This document shows positions 11,141-22,400 of a stretch of 64,000 bases of DNA, piece by piece. The translations under genes and the position numbers were made by a program. Location of the stretch: NCBI GenBank assembly GCA_044226625.1, contig JBGAGQ010000002.1, positions 32,001 to 96,000 of the forward strand, read 5' to 3'. Each line of letters starts with the position of its first letter. The first letter of the stretch is position 1. Below the pieces are notes generated by a model. The model was not told where the DNA came from, made no database searches, and saw only the letters and a list, made by a program, of their open reading frames with translations. Source of the DNA: Thermoanaerobaculia bacterium (GTDB taxonomy: Bacteria > Acidobacteriota > Thermoanaerobaculia > Multivoradales > UBA5704).

Positions 11141-14100
11141 ATGCGTTCGATGGGATCGGCTGGGGTTCGATCGTTTTTGACGTTGTGCTGTCTCTTCGTG
11201 GCGACGGCCCTTTCGGGCCAGTCGGTCGCTTTCCTCGACGCACAGGGACTGCCGTTCACGGCGCCCTATCTCGAAGGGTCGCGCGCCTATCTTCGGGTGG
11301 TCGATCCGGGTGCTTCCGGCACGGTGGCGCTCTCGGTTTCGGCGGTCCGCTCCGGTGACTTCGAGCCCGTGCTGCTCGGCGAGACCGGCCTCGGCACGGG
11401 GGTGTTCGAAGGCTGGATCTCCCTCTCGATCGGCGCGCCGGCCGCGGACGGACTGCTCCAAACCTCGCGCGACGCGAGCCAGTATCCATGGACCTTCGAC
11501 GACCTCGTCGCCACCTACGGCGGATCGAGCGCGGGCGCGGCGACGGTCGGCTCGACCGTGGTGACGCTCGATGGGGGCGGGGCGACGGTCGCGAGCTTCC
11601 GGGTCGGCGAGCTGATCTACGTGCGGGTCGCCGACGCTTTGCGCGACTCGACCCCCGGAAACGACACCGCCGTCGTGACGCTCTCGACCACCGTCGGCTC
11701 GTGGAGCGAGTACGAGGATCTCGTCCTCACCGAGAGCGGCGGCGACACCGGGATCTTCGTCGGGGCGATCCAGACCGCCCCTGGCGATCAGCCGGTACAG
11801 AACGACGGCACCTTGGTGGTCCGTCCGGGCGCCGCAGTTTGGGTTCAGCACGACGACGCGAACGGCGAGACCTACTCCGCGCTCCAGCTTTCGATTCTGC
11901 CGAATGAACCGCTCACTCTCTCGTTCGTCGACGCCCCGGGCCAGCCGGCCGGGACGTTTCAGGAGTTCGGCCCGGTCGAGCTCCGGGCGACCGACAGCGA
12001 TCTGGCGGGGCAGTGGTGGGGAGTCACGGTACGGACCTCTTCCGACCTGCGCGGCGACGAGGAGTTCGTGGAGCTCCACGAAGAACCCTTCTTCTCCGGG
12101 ATCTTTCGCGGCGTGGTGACGCTCGGAGGGCGCCTCGCCGGAGCGCCGACGGCGAACGACGGCTTGCTCGAAGTGACGGAGATCGCCGGCACTTCCGTTC
12201 AGCGCGACACGATTCGCGCCGAGCTGCTCGATTGCTCGGCGCCTCCTTGCCCGACCGCGACCGCATCGATGACCGGAAGCTCGCTGCGGATCTCCGACGC
12301 CCTGGGCGCCGACCTCGATTCGATCGTCCCGCCGCGCTCGATCACGTTCGAAGCGCGCGACCGTTCGGTGCCGTTCGACGCGCCGGTCACGGCGACGATT
12401 TCAAGCCAGGGCGATTCCGAGACGTTGAACCTGGTGCCCGCCTGGCAAGATCCCGTGGCACCGCAACTAGGCCGGTTTCGCGGCAGCTTGCAGGTCGAGA
12501 TCGGGAGCGCCGTGCCGGGCGACGGCCGCCTTCAAGTCTTGGCCGAAGACGTCGTCCTCGCGAGTCGGCCCGACCCGCTCGGTCTGACCGTGGCGACCGA
12601 CCAAGCGGTCGTGGCCGCGGGCGGCGAGAATCAGCCTCCCGTTGCGACGGGCGACTTCGCGATCACCGACGAGGACACGGTGCTCACGATCTCTCTGCTC
12701 GGCAACGACCTCGACCCCGAAGGGCAGCCGATCACGCTCGACGCGCTGTTCCCGCCGAGCCGCGGTACCGCGACGATCGTCGACCCCGCGGCGGGGACCG
12801 TGCTCTACACACCGGACCCGAACGCCAACGGACTCGATTCTTTCGTCTATCGGATCCGGGATTCCGAAGGAGCGACCGGCCTCGGCTACGTCGACGTCAC
12901 GATCCGGTCGGTGAACGATCCGCCGGTCGCGTCGAACGACGCGGTCACGACGGCCGAGGACACGCTGGTGTCGGTCTACCCGCTCGCAAACGACGCCGAC
13001 CCGGAAGGAGACACGCTCTGGATCTCCTCGGTCCAGCAGGGCGCCCACGGCCAAGTCGGCGCGACGGCGACGATGTTCAACTACCTGCCCGCCGCCAACT
13101 ACAACGGCACCGAAACCTTGACGTACACCATGAACGACGGTAACGGCGGAACCTCCTCGGCGACAGTGACGATCACGATCACGCCGGTGCCCGATCCTCC
13201 GGTCGCGGTCGTCGACAACGTAACGTTTGCCGAGGATACGGTCGCGACGATCAGTCCGTTGCTGAACGACCTCGATCCGGACGGCGACTCGATCGTCCTC
13301 CTTTCGGTGACGACCGCGTTCCATGGCACGCTCGCGCTTACCGGCATTGGGACGGTGACCTACACGCCGGTCGCGAACTACAGCGGCACCGATCGTTTCG
13401 ATTACACGATCCAGGATTCGACCGGTCGAACCGCGACCGCTCGGGTGAACCTCACCCTCACGCCGGTGAACGATCCGCCCGACGCGGTGAACGACAGCGT
13501 GAGCGTGAACGAGGACGGCTCGACGACGGTGTTCGTGAAGAGCAACGACACGGATCCGGACGGCGATCTCACGTTCATCCAGAGCGTCACCCAGGGAGCC
13601 CACGGCGCGGTCGTGCTTTCGGGCGGCCTGCCGGTCTATACCCCGACGCCAAACTATTTCGGGCCGGATGCCTTCACCTACACCTTGAGCGACGGCAAGG
13701 GAGGGACCGACGCCGCGACGGTCTCGGTCACGGTAAATCCCGTTCCCGACGGGCCGATCGGCGTGGCCGACGCGGCCTCGACTCCGGAAGACACGTCCGT
13801 GGTGGTGAACGTGCTCGCGAACGACAGCGACGCGGACGGCAACACCCTCACGGTATTTGGCGTCACGCAGCCCGCCCACGGTTCGGCGAACTTCACATCG
13901 AGCAGCGTCCGCTACGTCCCGAGCGCCAACTACAGCGGACCGGACACGTTCACCTATTCGATCAACGACGGGACCGGACGCTCGTACCTCGGCATTACCG
14001 TGTCGATCACCGTGACGCCGGTGAACGACCCGCCGATCGCGGGGAACGATGCCGCGTCGGTGGCCGAGGATGGTTCCGTGGGCGTACCGGTGCTAGCAAA

Positions 14101-16201
14101 CGATAGCGATCTCGACGGCGACACGCTCGTCGTGACCGCCGTGACGCAGGGCGCGCACGGTACGGTGAGCTTTGCGGGCGGCTCGGTGACGTATGTCCCT
14201 TCGGCGAACTACAGCGGTGGGGATTCGTTCGCCTACACGATCGGCGACGGCAACGGTGGGAGCGGGACGGCGACGGTTTCGGTGACGGTGACCGCGGTGA
14301 ACGACTCACCGAATGGAGGGGACGATTTCGCATCGGTCGCCGAGGATGGCTCCACGAGCGTCTCCGTGCTCGCGAACGATTCGGACGCTGACGGCGACAC
14401 GCTCGTGGTGACCGCCGTGACGCAGGGCGTGCACGGTACGGTGAGCTTTACGGGCGCCTCGGTGACTTATATCCCTTCGGCGAATTACAACGGTGGGGAT
14501 ACGTTCACCTACACGATCGTCGACGGGAACGGTGGGAGCGCGACGGCGACGGTCTCGGTGACAGTGACCGCCGTGAACGACTCACCGAATGGAGGGGACG
14601 ATTTCGTGTCGGTGGCCGAGGATGGTTCCGCCAGCGTTTCGGTGCTCGGGAACGATTCGGACCCCGACGGCGACACGCTGGTGGTGACCGCTGTGACGCA
14701 GAGCGCGCACGGTACGGTGAGCTTTGCGGGCGGCTTGGTCACCTATATCCCTTCGGCGAACTACAACGGCTCGGATTCGTTCACCTACACGATAAGCGAC
14801 GGCAATGGTGGTGCTTCGACGGCGACGGTGTCGATCATGGTGACCGCGGCAAACGACGCACCGCTTGCAGGGAATGACGTGGCCTCAGTGGTAGAAGACG
14901 GCTCGGTCAACGTCGCCGTTCTTGCGAACGACTCGGATTTAGAGGGCGATTCGCTCACGATGACCGCGGTCTCGCAGCCCGCGCACGGCACGGTGAGCTT
15001 TGCGGGCGGCTCGGTGACCTACGTCCCGTCGGCGAACTACAACGGCTCGGATTCGTTTACCTACACGATTTCCGATGGCCAGGGCGGAGCGGCGAACGGC
15101 ACGGTTTCGGTGACGGTCAGCTCCGTGAACGACCCGCCGGATGCGGTGAACGATTCGGCGACGCTCAACGAGGCGAGCGGGGGTATTGCGCTGGCGGTGC
15201 TCGCGAACGATTCCGATCTCGACGGGGCTTTGACGGTGGTGAGCGTTTCGACCCCCGCCCATGGAACCGCGACGCGCAACGCGGACAACACGATCACCTA
15301 CGTGCCGGTCGCGAGCTACAGCGGCCCGGACGTCTTCACCTACACGGTCAGCGATAGATTCGTGACGGACACGGCGACGGTGGCGATCCAGGTCAAGGAC
15401 GTGATCGGTCGAGTCGCGCTGCTCGCGACCCACAGCGTGTGGATGCAGATCGGTTCGGATTTGCTGTCCGGGGACATCGTCGCCAACGAGGTCGGGGCCG
15501 CGCCGTTCTTGAACGTTACGGAGGTGAGCATCGCCGGGAGCGCGACGACCGCGGCCGGCTGGGACGTGATCGGCAACCGGGTAACGATCGCGGCTGGAGC
15601 CACGGTGGCGAGCGACGTCTACTCGAACCAGCTGTTCAATACCGGGACGGTGAACGGCTCGCTCTACTCGCCGCCGGCGCTGCCGGTTTTCGTTCCGCTT
15701 CCGTCTTTCCAAGCCTCGAGCCCTGGCACGACCGACGTGAGCGTCGCAACGAACGGCACGCGCACGCTCGCGCCGGGGAGCTACCGCGATTTGATCGTGG
15801 GCAAGCGCGGGACCGTCACGTTCACCGGCGGTATCTACCACTTCAGGAACATCACCCTGTCGGGAAGTGAGGCGAAGCTCTACTTCTCCGCTGCGAGCGA
15901 GGTACGGGTCCAGAACAAGATCAGCACGAACAGCCTAGCGGTCATCAAGCCGGCGACCGGGGCCCCGATCACCGCCTCCTCGATCGTCTTTTACGTCGGG
16001 GGTATCAACGGGACCGCAGGCGGTCTCACCGAGGCCCCGAAAGCGGTGGAGATCGGGATCGACAGCCTCTTCTCGGCCAACCTCTATGTACCGAACGGCT
16101 CGATCTGGCTCAAGGACCGGACGCTCGCGACCGGCGCCTTCGTTGGCAAGGACGTTCGAGTGGGGCCGGATGTCCAGGTGACGTTGAACAGCGCCTGGTA
16201 G
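11141..16201 (+). CDS. Large secreted adhesin: N-terminal 'ETG..TG.F.G' repeats, 10 cadherin-like/Ig (tandem-95 type) repeats, C-terminal beta-rich domain
   Basis: Signal peptide MRSMGSAGVRSFLTLCCLFVATALSG; ten 'N(D/Q)PP.A..D....EDT/G...L.ND.D.DGD.L...Y.P.ANY.G.D.FTYTI.DG' units from about 12630 to 15390. Confidence 0.88.
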   Translation: MRSMGSAGVRSFLTLCCLFVATALSGQSVAFLDAQGLPFTAPYLEGSRAYLRVVDPGASGTVALSVSAVRSGDFEPVLLGETGLGTGVFEGWISLSIGAPAADGLLQTSRDASQYPWTFDDLVATYGGSSAGAATVGSTVVTLDGGGATVASFRVGELIYVRVADALRDSTPGNDTAVVTLSTTVGSWSEYEDLVLTESGGDTGIFVGAIQTAPGDQPVQNDGTLVVRPGAAVWVQHDDANGETYSALQLSILPNEPLTLSFVDAPGQPAGTFQEFGPVELRATDSDLAGQWWGVTVRTSSDLRGDEEFVELHEEPFFSGIFRGVVTLGGRLAGAPTANDGLLEVTEIAGTSVQRDTIRAELLDCSAPPCPTATASMTGSSLRISDALGADLDSIVPPRSITFEARDRSVPFDAPVTATISSQGDSETLNLVPAWQDPVAPQLGRFRGSLQVEIGSAVPGDGRLQVLAEDVVLASRPDPLGLTVATDQAVVAAGGENQPPVATGDFAITDEDTVLTISLLGNDLDPEGQPITLDALFPPSRGTATIVDPAAGTVLYTPDPNANGLDSFVYRIRDSEGATGLGYVDVTIRSVNDPPVASNDAVTTAEDTLVSVYPLANDADPEGDTLWISSVQQGAHGQVGATATMFNYLPAANYNGTETLTYTMNDGNGGTSSATVTITITPVPDPPVAVVDNVTFAEDTVATISPLLNDLDPDGDSIVLLSVTTAFHGTLALTGIGTVTYTPVANYSGTDRFDYTIQDSTGRTATARVNLTLTPVNDPPDAVNDSVSVNEDGSTTVFVKSNDTDPDGDLTFIQSVTQGAHGAVVLSGGLPVYTPTPNYFGPDAFTYTLSDGKGGTDAATVSVTVNPVPDGPIGVADAASTPEDTSVVVNVLANDSDADGNTLTVFGVTQPAHGSANFTSSSVRYVPSANYSGPDTFTYSINDGTGRSYLGITVSITVTPVNDPPIAGNDAASVAEDGSVGVPVLANDSDLDGDTLVVTAVTQGAHGTVSFAGGSVTYVPSANYSGGDSFAYTIGDGNGGSGTATVSVTVTAVNDSPNGGDDFASVAEDGSTSVSVLANDSDADGDTLVVTAVTQGVHGTVSFTGASVTYIPSANYNGGDTFTYTIVDGNGGSATATVSVTVTAVNDSPNGGDDFVSVAEDGSASVSVLGNDSDPDGDTLVVTAVTQSAHGTVSFAGGLVTYIPSANYNGSDSFTYTISDGNGGASTATVSIMVTAANDAPLAGNDVASVVEDGSVNVAVLANDSDLEGDSLTMTAVSQPAHGTVSFAGGSVTYVPSANYNGSDSFTYTISDGQGGAANGTVSVTVSSVNDPPDAVNDSATLNEASGGIALAVLANDSDLDGALTVVSVSTPAHGTATRNADNTITYVPVASYSGPDVFTYTVSDRFVTDTATVAIQVKDVIGRVALLATHSVWMQIGSDLLSGDIVANEVGAAPFLNVTEVSIAGSATTAAGWDVIGNRVTIAAGATVASDVYSNQLFNTGTVNGSLYSPPALPVFVPLPSFQASSPGTTDVSVATNGTRTLAPGSYRDLIVGKRGTVTFTGGIYHFRNITLSGSEAKLYFSAASEVRVQNKISTNSLAVIKPATGAPITASSIVFYVGGINGTAGGLTEAPKAVEIGIDSLFSANLYVPNGSIWLKDRTLATGAFVGKDVRVGPDVQVTLNSAW
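14024..15125 (+). repeat. Four highly similar 276-bp intragenic tandem repeats (cadherin-like units 6-9)
   Basis: 'aacgactcaccgaatggaggggacgatttc' at 14300 and 14576 (period 276); 'cacggtacggtgagcttt' recurs in successive units. Confidence 0.85.
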
Positions 16202-16270
16202 CGGCCTTCGGGGGTGCGGGCCGTCGAAGAGCCCGGACCGCCATCCTGGGCAGATTTGAGGGTCCGACGT

Positions 16271-16299
16271 CGGGCCACCTCTTCCTCGGAGGTGGCCCG
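16271..16299 (+). terminator. GC-rich hairpin downstream of adhesin gene (possible terminator or stabilising stem)
   Basis: cgggccacctc-N7-gaggtggcccg, perfect 11-bp stem; no U-tract. Confidence 0.45.
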
Positions 16300-16396
16300 G
16301 TGGGGCGAATCTCACACCCCTCCTCGCGTTCGGTGTCCCATCCATCAAGGCGAACCTCCTCGCACCGTCTGGGTTGAATCTCGGCGCATGCGAAGG

Positions 16397-16413
16397 TGGC
16401 ACGAATTGGGCAA
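16397..16413 (+). promoter_or_regulatory. Possible sigma-54 (-24/-12) promoter upstream of carrier gene A
   Basis: TGGCACGAATTGGGCAA has a perfect TGGCAC and GG-N10-GC spacing, but the -12 element deviates from TTGC. Confidence 0.25.
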
Positions 16414-16485
16414 GAATTCGATAGCAATCGAATTCCTCGTCGAGGTACCGTCGGGTCTTCTTTGTCGTATTGGAGGGTGTCTTAG

Positions 16486-19400
16486 ATGCCGGGGAGTGGG
16501 GCGTGGTCATTCGCGGGCCGTCACTTCGGGAGGACGGCGCTGTTCATTCTCGGTTCGGCAAGGATCTTTATGGGAGTCGGTGCGTCAGCCCAGACGGTCT
16601 CACTCCCCGCGACGGCCGACACCTATCTGCGCCAGAGCGCGGCGAACCAGAACCAGGGCCAGGACGTCCTGCTGCACATCCAGCAGAGCGGACACAACCG
16701 GACGCTCGTGGCGATGGACCCCGCTGCGATCGCGGCGGCGGTGGGTACGGGCCATTTGGCCTCGGCGACGCTCGAGCTCTACGTCACCGACAGTACGGCC
16801 TGGGGGACGGCGGGCCGCACGGTCGAGCTCCATCGGATGACGGCGTCTTGGACCGAGAACGGCGCGACCTGGAACTGCGCGGTCGACACGAATCCCGCCA
16901 ACGGCGCGCCGAACTGCTCGACGCAGTGGGATGGCGGGACGTTCGACGACGAGCCGACCGATTCGGTCCTCCACGTCAATACGACGAGCGGCTACGTCGC
17001 CTGGAACGTGACGGAGGACGTTCGGTCGTTCCTCGCCGGGACGCCGAACTACGGCTGGCTCGCCAAGCTCTCGGACGAAACGCTCGGTGGCAACGTGGAT
17101 TACGCGTCGCGGCAGGGGAGCGTGGCCGTCCAGCGTCCGCGGTTGGTGCTGGTGGTCGAAAGCCCTGCTTTCGATCAGGTGCCGCCCACGATCGCGATCG
17201 AGAGCCCTGTCCATCCCTTCGTGATCAACGACACGACGCCCGCGATCTCGATCGCCTACGCCGATTTCGGCAGCGGACTCGCGCTCACGACTCTCGACGT
17301 GAAGGTGGACGGCGTGGCGGCGGTTTGCACGGCGGGCGCTTCGTCGGCGAGCTGCGAGCCGGCGACGCTCGGCGAGGGAGCGCACACGATCGTCGCCACG
17401 GTGCGCGACGTGGCGGGGAACGAAGCGACCGCGACGCGCGGCTTCACCCTGCTGATCGGTCCCGGTCTGCGGACGGCGACGTTTGTCGCGACGGCCGACA
17501 CGACGCTCAAGAAGAGCTCGGCGAACCAGAACTACGGAGATGAGCCGACGCTGCGGCTGCGGCAGAGCGGCAAGAACCGTTCGATCGTGCGATTCGGGAC
17601 GGCCGAGGTGTTGCAGCTGGTGAACCAGGGGACGCTTCGCTCGGCGAGCCTCGAGCTTTTTCTCGGCGTAAGCAGCGGCTGGGGCAAGAGCGGCCGAAAC
17701 GTCGATGCCCACCGGCTGACCGCGGATTGGAGCGAGGGGGGAGCGACCTGGAACTGCGCGATCGATTCGATCCCGAGCAACGGCGCGCCGAACTGCGCGA
17801 CGCAATGGGTCGGTGGCACGTTCGCCGCGGCGCCGACGGCGACGGTACTGCACACCAACGGCCAGTCCGGAACCGTCTCTTTCGACGTCACCGCGGATCT
17901 CGCGGCGGTCGTGGCGGGAGGAACCGACTTCGGCTGGTTGGTGAAGAAGACCGACGAGACGAAGAGCGGCAAGGCGGATTACGCGTCGCGGGAAGCGGGA
18001 GCCGCGACCGCGCCCCGGCTGGTGGTGCTGTTCGAGGTGCCGTCCGGGGGCGACGCCACGCCGCCCGACATCGCGATCGTGCGCCCGGCCGGTACGGTTT
18101 ACAACCAGCATCCGGTGGTCGTCGGCCTGCGCCTCGCCGACGCGGGGTCGGGGATCGACTTCGAAAGTCTCACGGTATCCGTGGGTGGAGTCGACGTCTC
18201 GTCGTACTGCGGTGGCACGGCAGAGGGCTCGGAGTGTCGGTTCTCCGCTCCGGCGCCGGGTCCTCTCGAAATCGCGGCGAGCGTTCGCGATCGAGCCGGC
18301 AACTCGGCTTCGGCTTCGGCCACGTTCGATCTGGTCGACGACCCGAGCCCTCCGGCGATAGACGTCGTCTCGCCGCTTTCGACTTCCCTCACCGAGGGGG
18401 AGATTCCCGCGACGTTCGAGGTGAGCCTCGACGACGCCGGTTCGGGGATCGCACCGGGAAGTTTCGTGGTCACGCTCGATGGCTCCGACCTCTCGGGGTG
18501 CACCCTCGAAACCGCCGGTGCCTCCTGCGCTTTGCCGTCGAATCTCGGCTTGGGAGGGCATCCGCTCGAAGCTTTCGTCCGCGACCGCGCCGACAACCAA
18601 TCCTCCGTCTTCCTGGAGCTCAACGTCGGACCCGAGCCCCACGCGCCAGAGATCGCGGTGACCGGTCCCACCGGGGATCTGATCCACGGACGGACGTTGC
18701 CGGAGCTGGTCATCGAGTACGCAGACGCGCAGAGCGGCATCGACCCCACCTCGTTCCGCCTCGAAGTGGACGGCGTCGAGGCGACCGCCGGATGCGCGGC
18801 CGGTCCGACGTCGGCGACCTGCCCGTCGCGACCGCTCGATCCAGGTCGCCATTCGATCGTCGCCGCGATCTCCGATCACCGCGGCAACGTGGGCTCCGCG
18901 AATCGACAGCTGGAGCTCTCGATCGAGCTTGCGGTTTCGATCACCGAACCGTCGGAAGCGATGTTGGTCCGCAGCGAGACCGTTCGCTTGGCGGGAACCG
19001 TCTCGCCGCTCGCCACGTCGGTGACGGTCGGCTCGATCCCGGCGAGCCTGTCCGGCGGTACCTGGGTGGTCGAGAACCTGCCGTTGCGGGAAGGGGGCAA
19101 CACTCTCACGGTCGTCGCCCGCTCTCCCGCGGGCGGGATCGGATCGGCGACGGCGACGGTGGTCCGAGATACCGAGGCGCCGCGGGTGGTCATCCAGTCG
19201 CCTGCGGACGGCTCGATCTCGTCGGCAGCCGAGGTCTTCGTGAGTGGCGAGGTCATCGATCCCGCTTCGAGCAACGTCGAGCATCCGCCGCTCACCGTGA
19301 CGGTCAACGGCGAGCCCGCGACGGTCGACCTGCGAAGCTTCGTCCTGCCCGAGGAGCTGCTTCATCCGGGCGAGAATCGGATCGAGGTCGAGGCGACGGA

Positions 19401-22400
19401 CACGGCGGGAAACGTCGGCCGGGCTTCCGTCACGGTCTCTTATCTGGCGGACGCTCCTGCGCACGTCGAGCCGATCTCGGGAAATTTTCAGGACGCGGAG
19501 ATCCGACAGGCCGTTCCCGAGCCTCTGGTGGTTCGGGTCGCGGACGCCTTCGGTCGCTCGTTGCCCGGCCGCTCGGTCGAGTTTCGGGTGTCGCGCGGGG
19601 ACGGTTCGGTCGTTTCGTACCCCGACCGAGGCCGGAAGCTGTCGGTGCTCACCGACGAAAACGGTCTGGCCGAGGTGCGCTTCGAGCTCGGCTCCCGTGC
19701 GGGCGCCGGAAACCACGAGGTCACGGTGACCCTGCCCGGAATCCCGGGGGCGGCGGTCTTCTGCGCTTCGGCGCGGGCCGCGAAGGCGAAATGGATCCAG
19801 CCGATCGTCGGCAACGACTTCTCTGGAGAGCGGACCGGCACCGCCGGACGGCCGCTTCCGAAGCCCTTGCTGGTTCAGGTTTTCGACGAGCGTGGCAATC
19901 CGGTCTCGGGAGTCGAGGCCACGTTCGACGCGATCGCCGGTGGGGGGAGCTTCGACGGTCTGCCGCAGGTGCGCCGGGTCACCGATCGCGAAGGGAAGGC
20001 GAGCGCGGTCTATATCCTCGGCCCAGGCGAAGGGACGAACAACAACGTGGTCTCGGCGACGTTTGCGACGAACGAGGCGGCGCCCGCGGTCTTCAGGATC
20101 AGCGGCCGCGTGCCGGGACCTGCCGAGCAGACCTCCGTCTCGGGCATCCTGCTCGATCCGGAGGACGGCCCGATCCCGGGCGCGCGAATTCACGTCGGGA
20201 CTCTCGAAACCCGGACCGACGCCGAAGGGCGTTTTCACCTGACGGGGGTGCCGGTGGGCACCATCCATCTGGAGATCGACGGCTCGACGGTCACCCGGCC
20301 GGGCACTTGGCCGCCGCTCGGCTACGAGCTGGTCACGGTCGCGGGGCGGGACAACGGGGTCGGCAAGCCGCTTCGCTTGCCGCAGATCGACAGCGCGGGC
20401 AAGATGCGGGTCGGCGGCGACCATGACGTGACGATCCCGATCCGCGGGGTGGCGGGAGCGACACTCACGGTCTTCGCCCATTCGGTGACGTTTCCGGATG
20501 GCAGCCACGAGGGCGACGTGGCGTTCACGCAGGTGCCGGCGCAGAAGGTGCCGATGATCGCGCCGATGAACGCCGGATTCATGTTGGCCTGGACGATCCA
20601 GCCGGCGGGCGTCCGCTTCGAACCTCCCGCCCAGGTCTCGATCCCGAATTTCGGTCTCCCCGGAGGAGGCGCCAACGTGCCCGGGATGACCGGCGAGATC
20701 TTCTCTTTCGACCACGATCTCGGAGAGTTCGTGAGCGCGGGCACCGCGTCGATCACCGAGGATGGCCGGATGATGCGCTCGAATCCTGGCATGGGGATCA
20801 CTAAGACCGGCTGGGGTGGCTGCCCGCATCCTCCGGCACCGCCCGCGAGCGCCTGCGGCGAGGGTACCTGCAACGACTGTCTCGGAAACCAGCCGATCGC
20901 GAAGGCAAAGCTCGGACCCGTCGTGGCCAGGGCCAACGGGCGGGACATGCCGAGGTTGGTCCGGAAAGGTGAGCCGGTCAGCTTCACCCTCGACGTCACG
21001 AACCCGCCGTCCTGCGCGCTCGACGTGACGTGGACCTTCGGCGAAGGCTCGCCCGTGAAAGGGGATCCCGGGAGCCCTTACTCCGCGAGCCACACCTTCG
21101 CGAAGGAAGGCGCTTTCACCGTCCAGGTGGAAGCGAAGTGTCCGGAATGCGACGACGGGCCGCAGATCGACACGATCGATCTGGGAGTAATCGACCCGGC
21201 GCCGAGCGAGCTCACGTTCAAAGGAGCCGGTTTCCACGAAGTCCTCCAAGACACCGGGGCCGGAGCCTATAAAGCGCCTCACTGGAAGGACATGAGCAGC
21301 CCGCCGAACGGCACCGCCGAGGACATGGGAGATCACCGCTTTCCGGTCATCTATAAGCGGGGCAGCATGCCGATCGTGGACTTGAAGGTGGACGCCAAAG
21401 CGGCGGGACTGACCGCGACTCTGGTCGCGGACGTGCGGATCCGCGGCGGCGTGACGAGCCCCGCGCTCCATTTCCCCGCGAAGAAGGTCTCTCTCGAAGG
21501 CCGGCTGCTCACGTTGAAAGACCTGGCCTCGGATGCCGCGCTTCCCAACGCGATCGACCGGCTGGATCCGTTCGAGATCTCCTGGGAGATCTCGTTCGAT
21601 GCCGGAAACAGCTGGGAAGATCTGGGCAAGACTTCGAATCGAATCTACGTCACCCTCGACGACCCCCTCCCAGCCGCGGCGGCTTCGCTGTACGAGACGG
21701 TGGTCGACATCGGCAGCCGTAATGCGGCCCACCAGAGCTCGCCCGGTTCGGCGGTCACTGCGATTTTCGAAGATTTCATGGACCGCGTCGTGACTCGAAA
21801 GGAACGCGACGGCTTCAACAGGCCCGACGGCAAGACGATGCAATATTGGTCGACCGACCGCGACCTCAATGAAGTGATTCGGACCGGGGGTTGCCAGCTG
21901 CTCTCGAGGATGATCAATCCCAAGAGCGGCGCCGCCGCGAATCTCAACGGAATCGGAACCTGCCAGGCCTGGGCGGCGCTGCTGCACAGGTCGATCCAAG
22001 CGATGGGCATCGAAGGCTCCCAAGTCTTCGAGGTCAAGCCCGACGTGACCAAGGTACCGAAAGCGTCGTCGATGCTCATCAGCAAGTGGCTGTTCGCGCC
22101 GTTGGTTCGGCCGGGAGCGAACAGGACGCTCGATTCGGAGCCCGACGTATCCCGGGACGAGGTCGATTGCAGCCATGGTCAAACCGGAATCAACCCCGAC
22201 AAGGTCTGTATCTATCCCGGAGAGGATCGCGCCATCGACTCGAACGTCCTGCCGGACGACGTCGTCTCGGACCTTGGGGCGCATCCCGGCGAGCCCTATC
22301 CGTACCGGCTCTTCGATCGAGTCATCTATCGAAAGGGCGATGTGTTCGATCTCGGGAACCATGCGGCGCAAGGAACCGCGGACTCTCCGAGCATCTTCGA

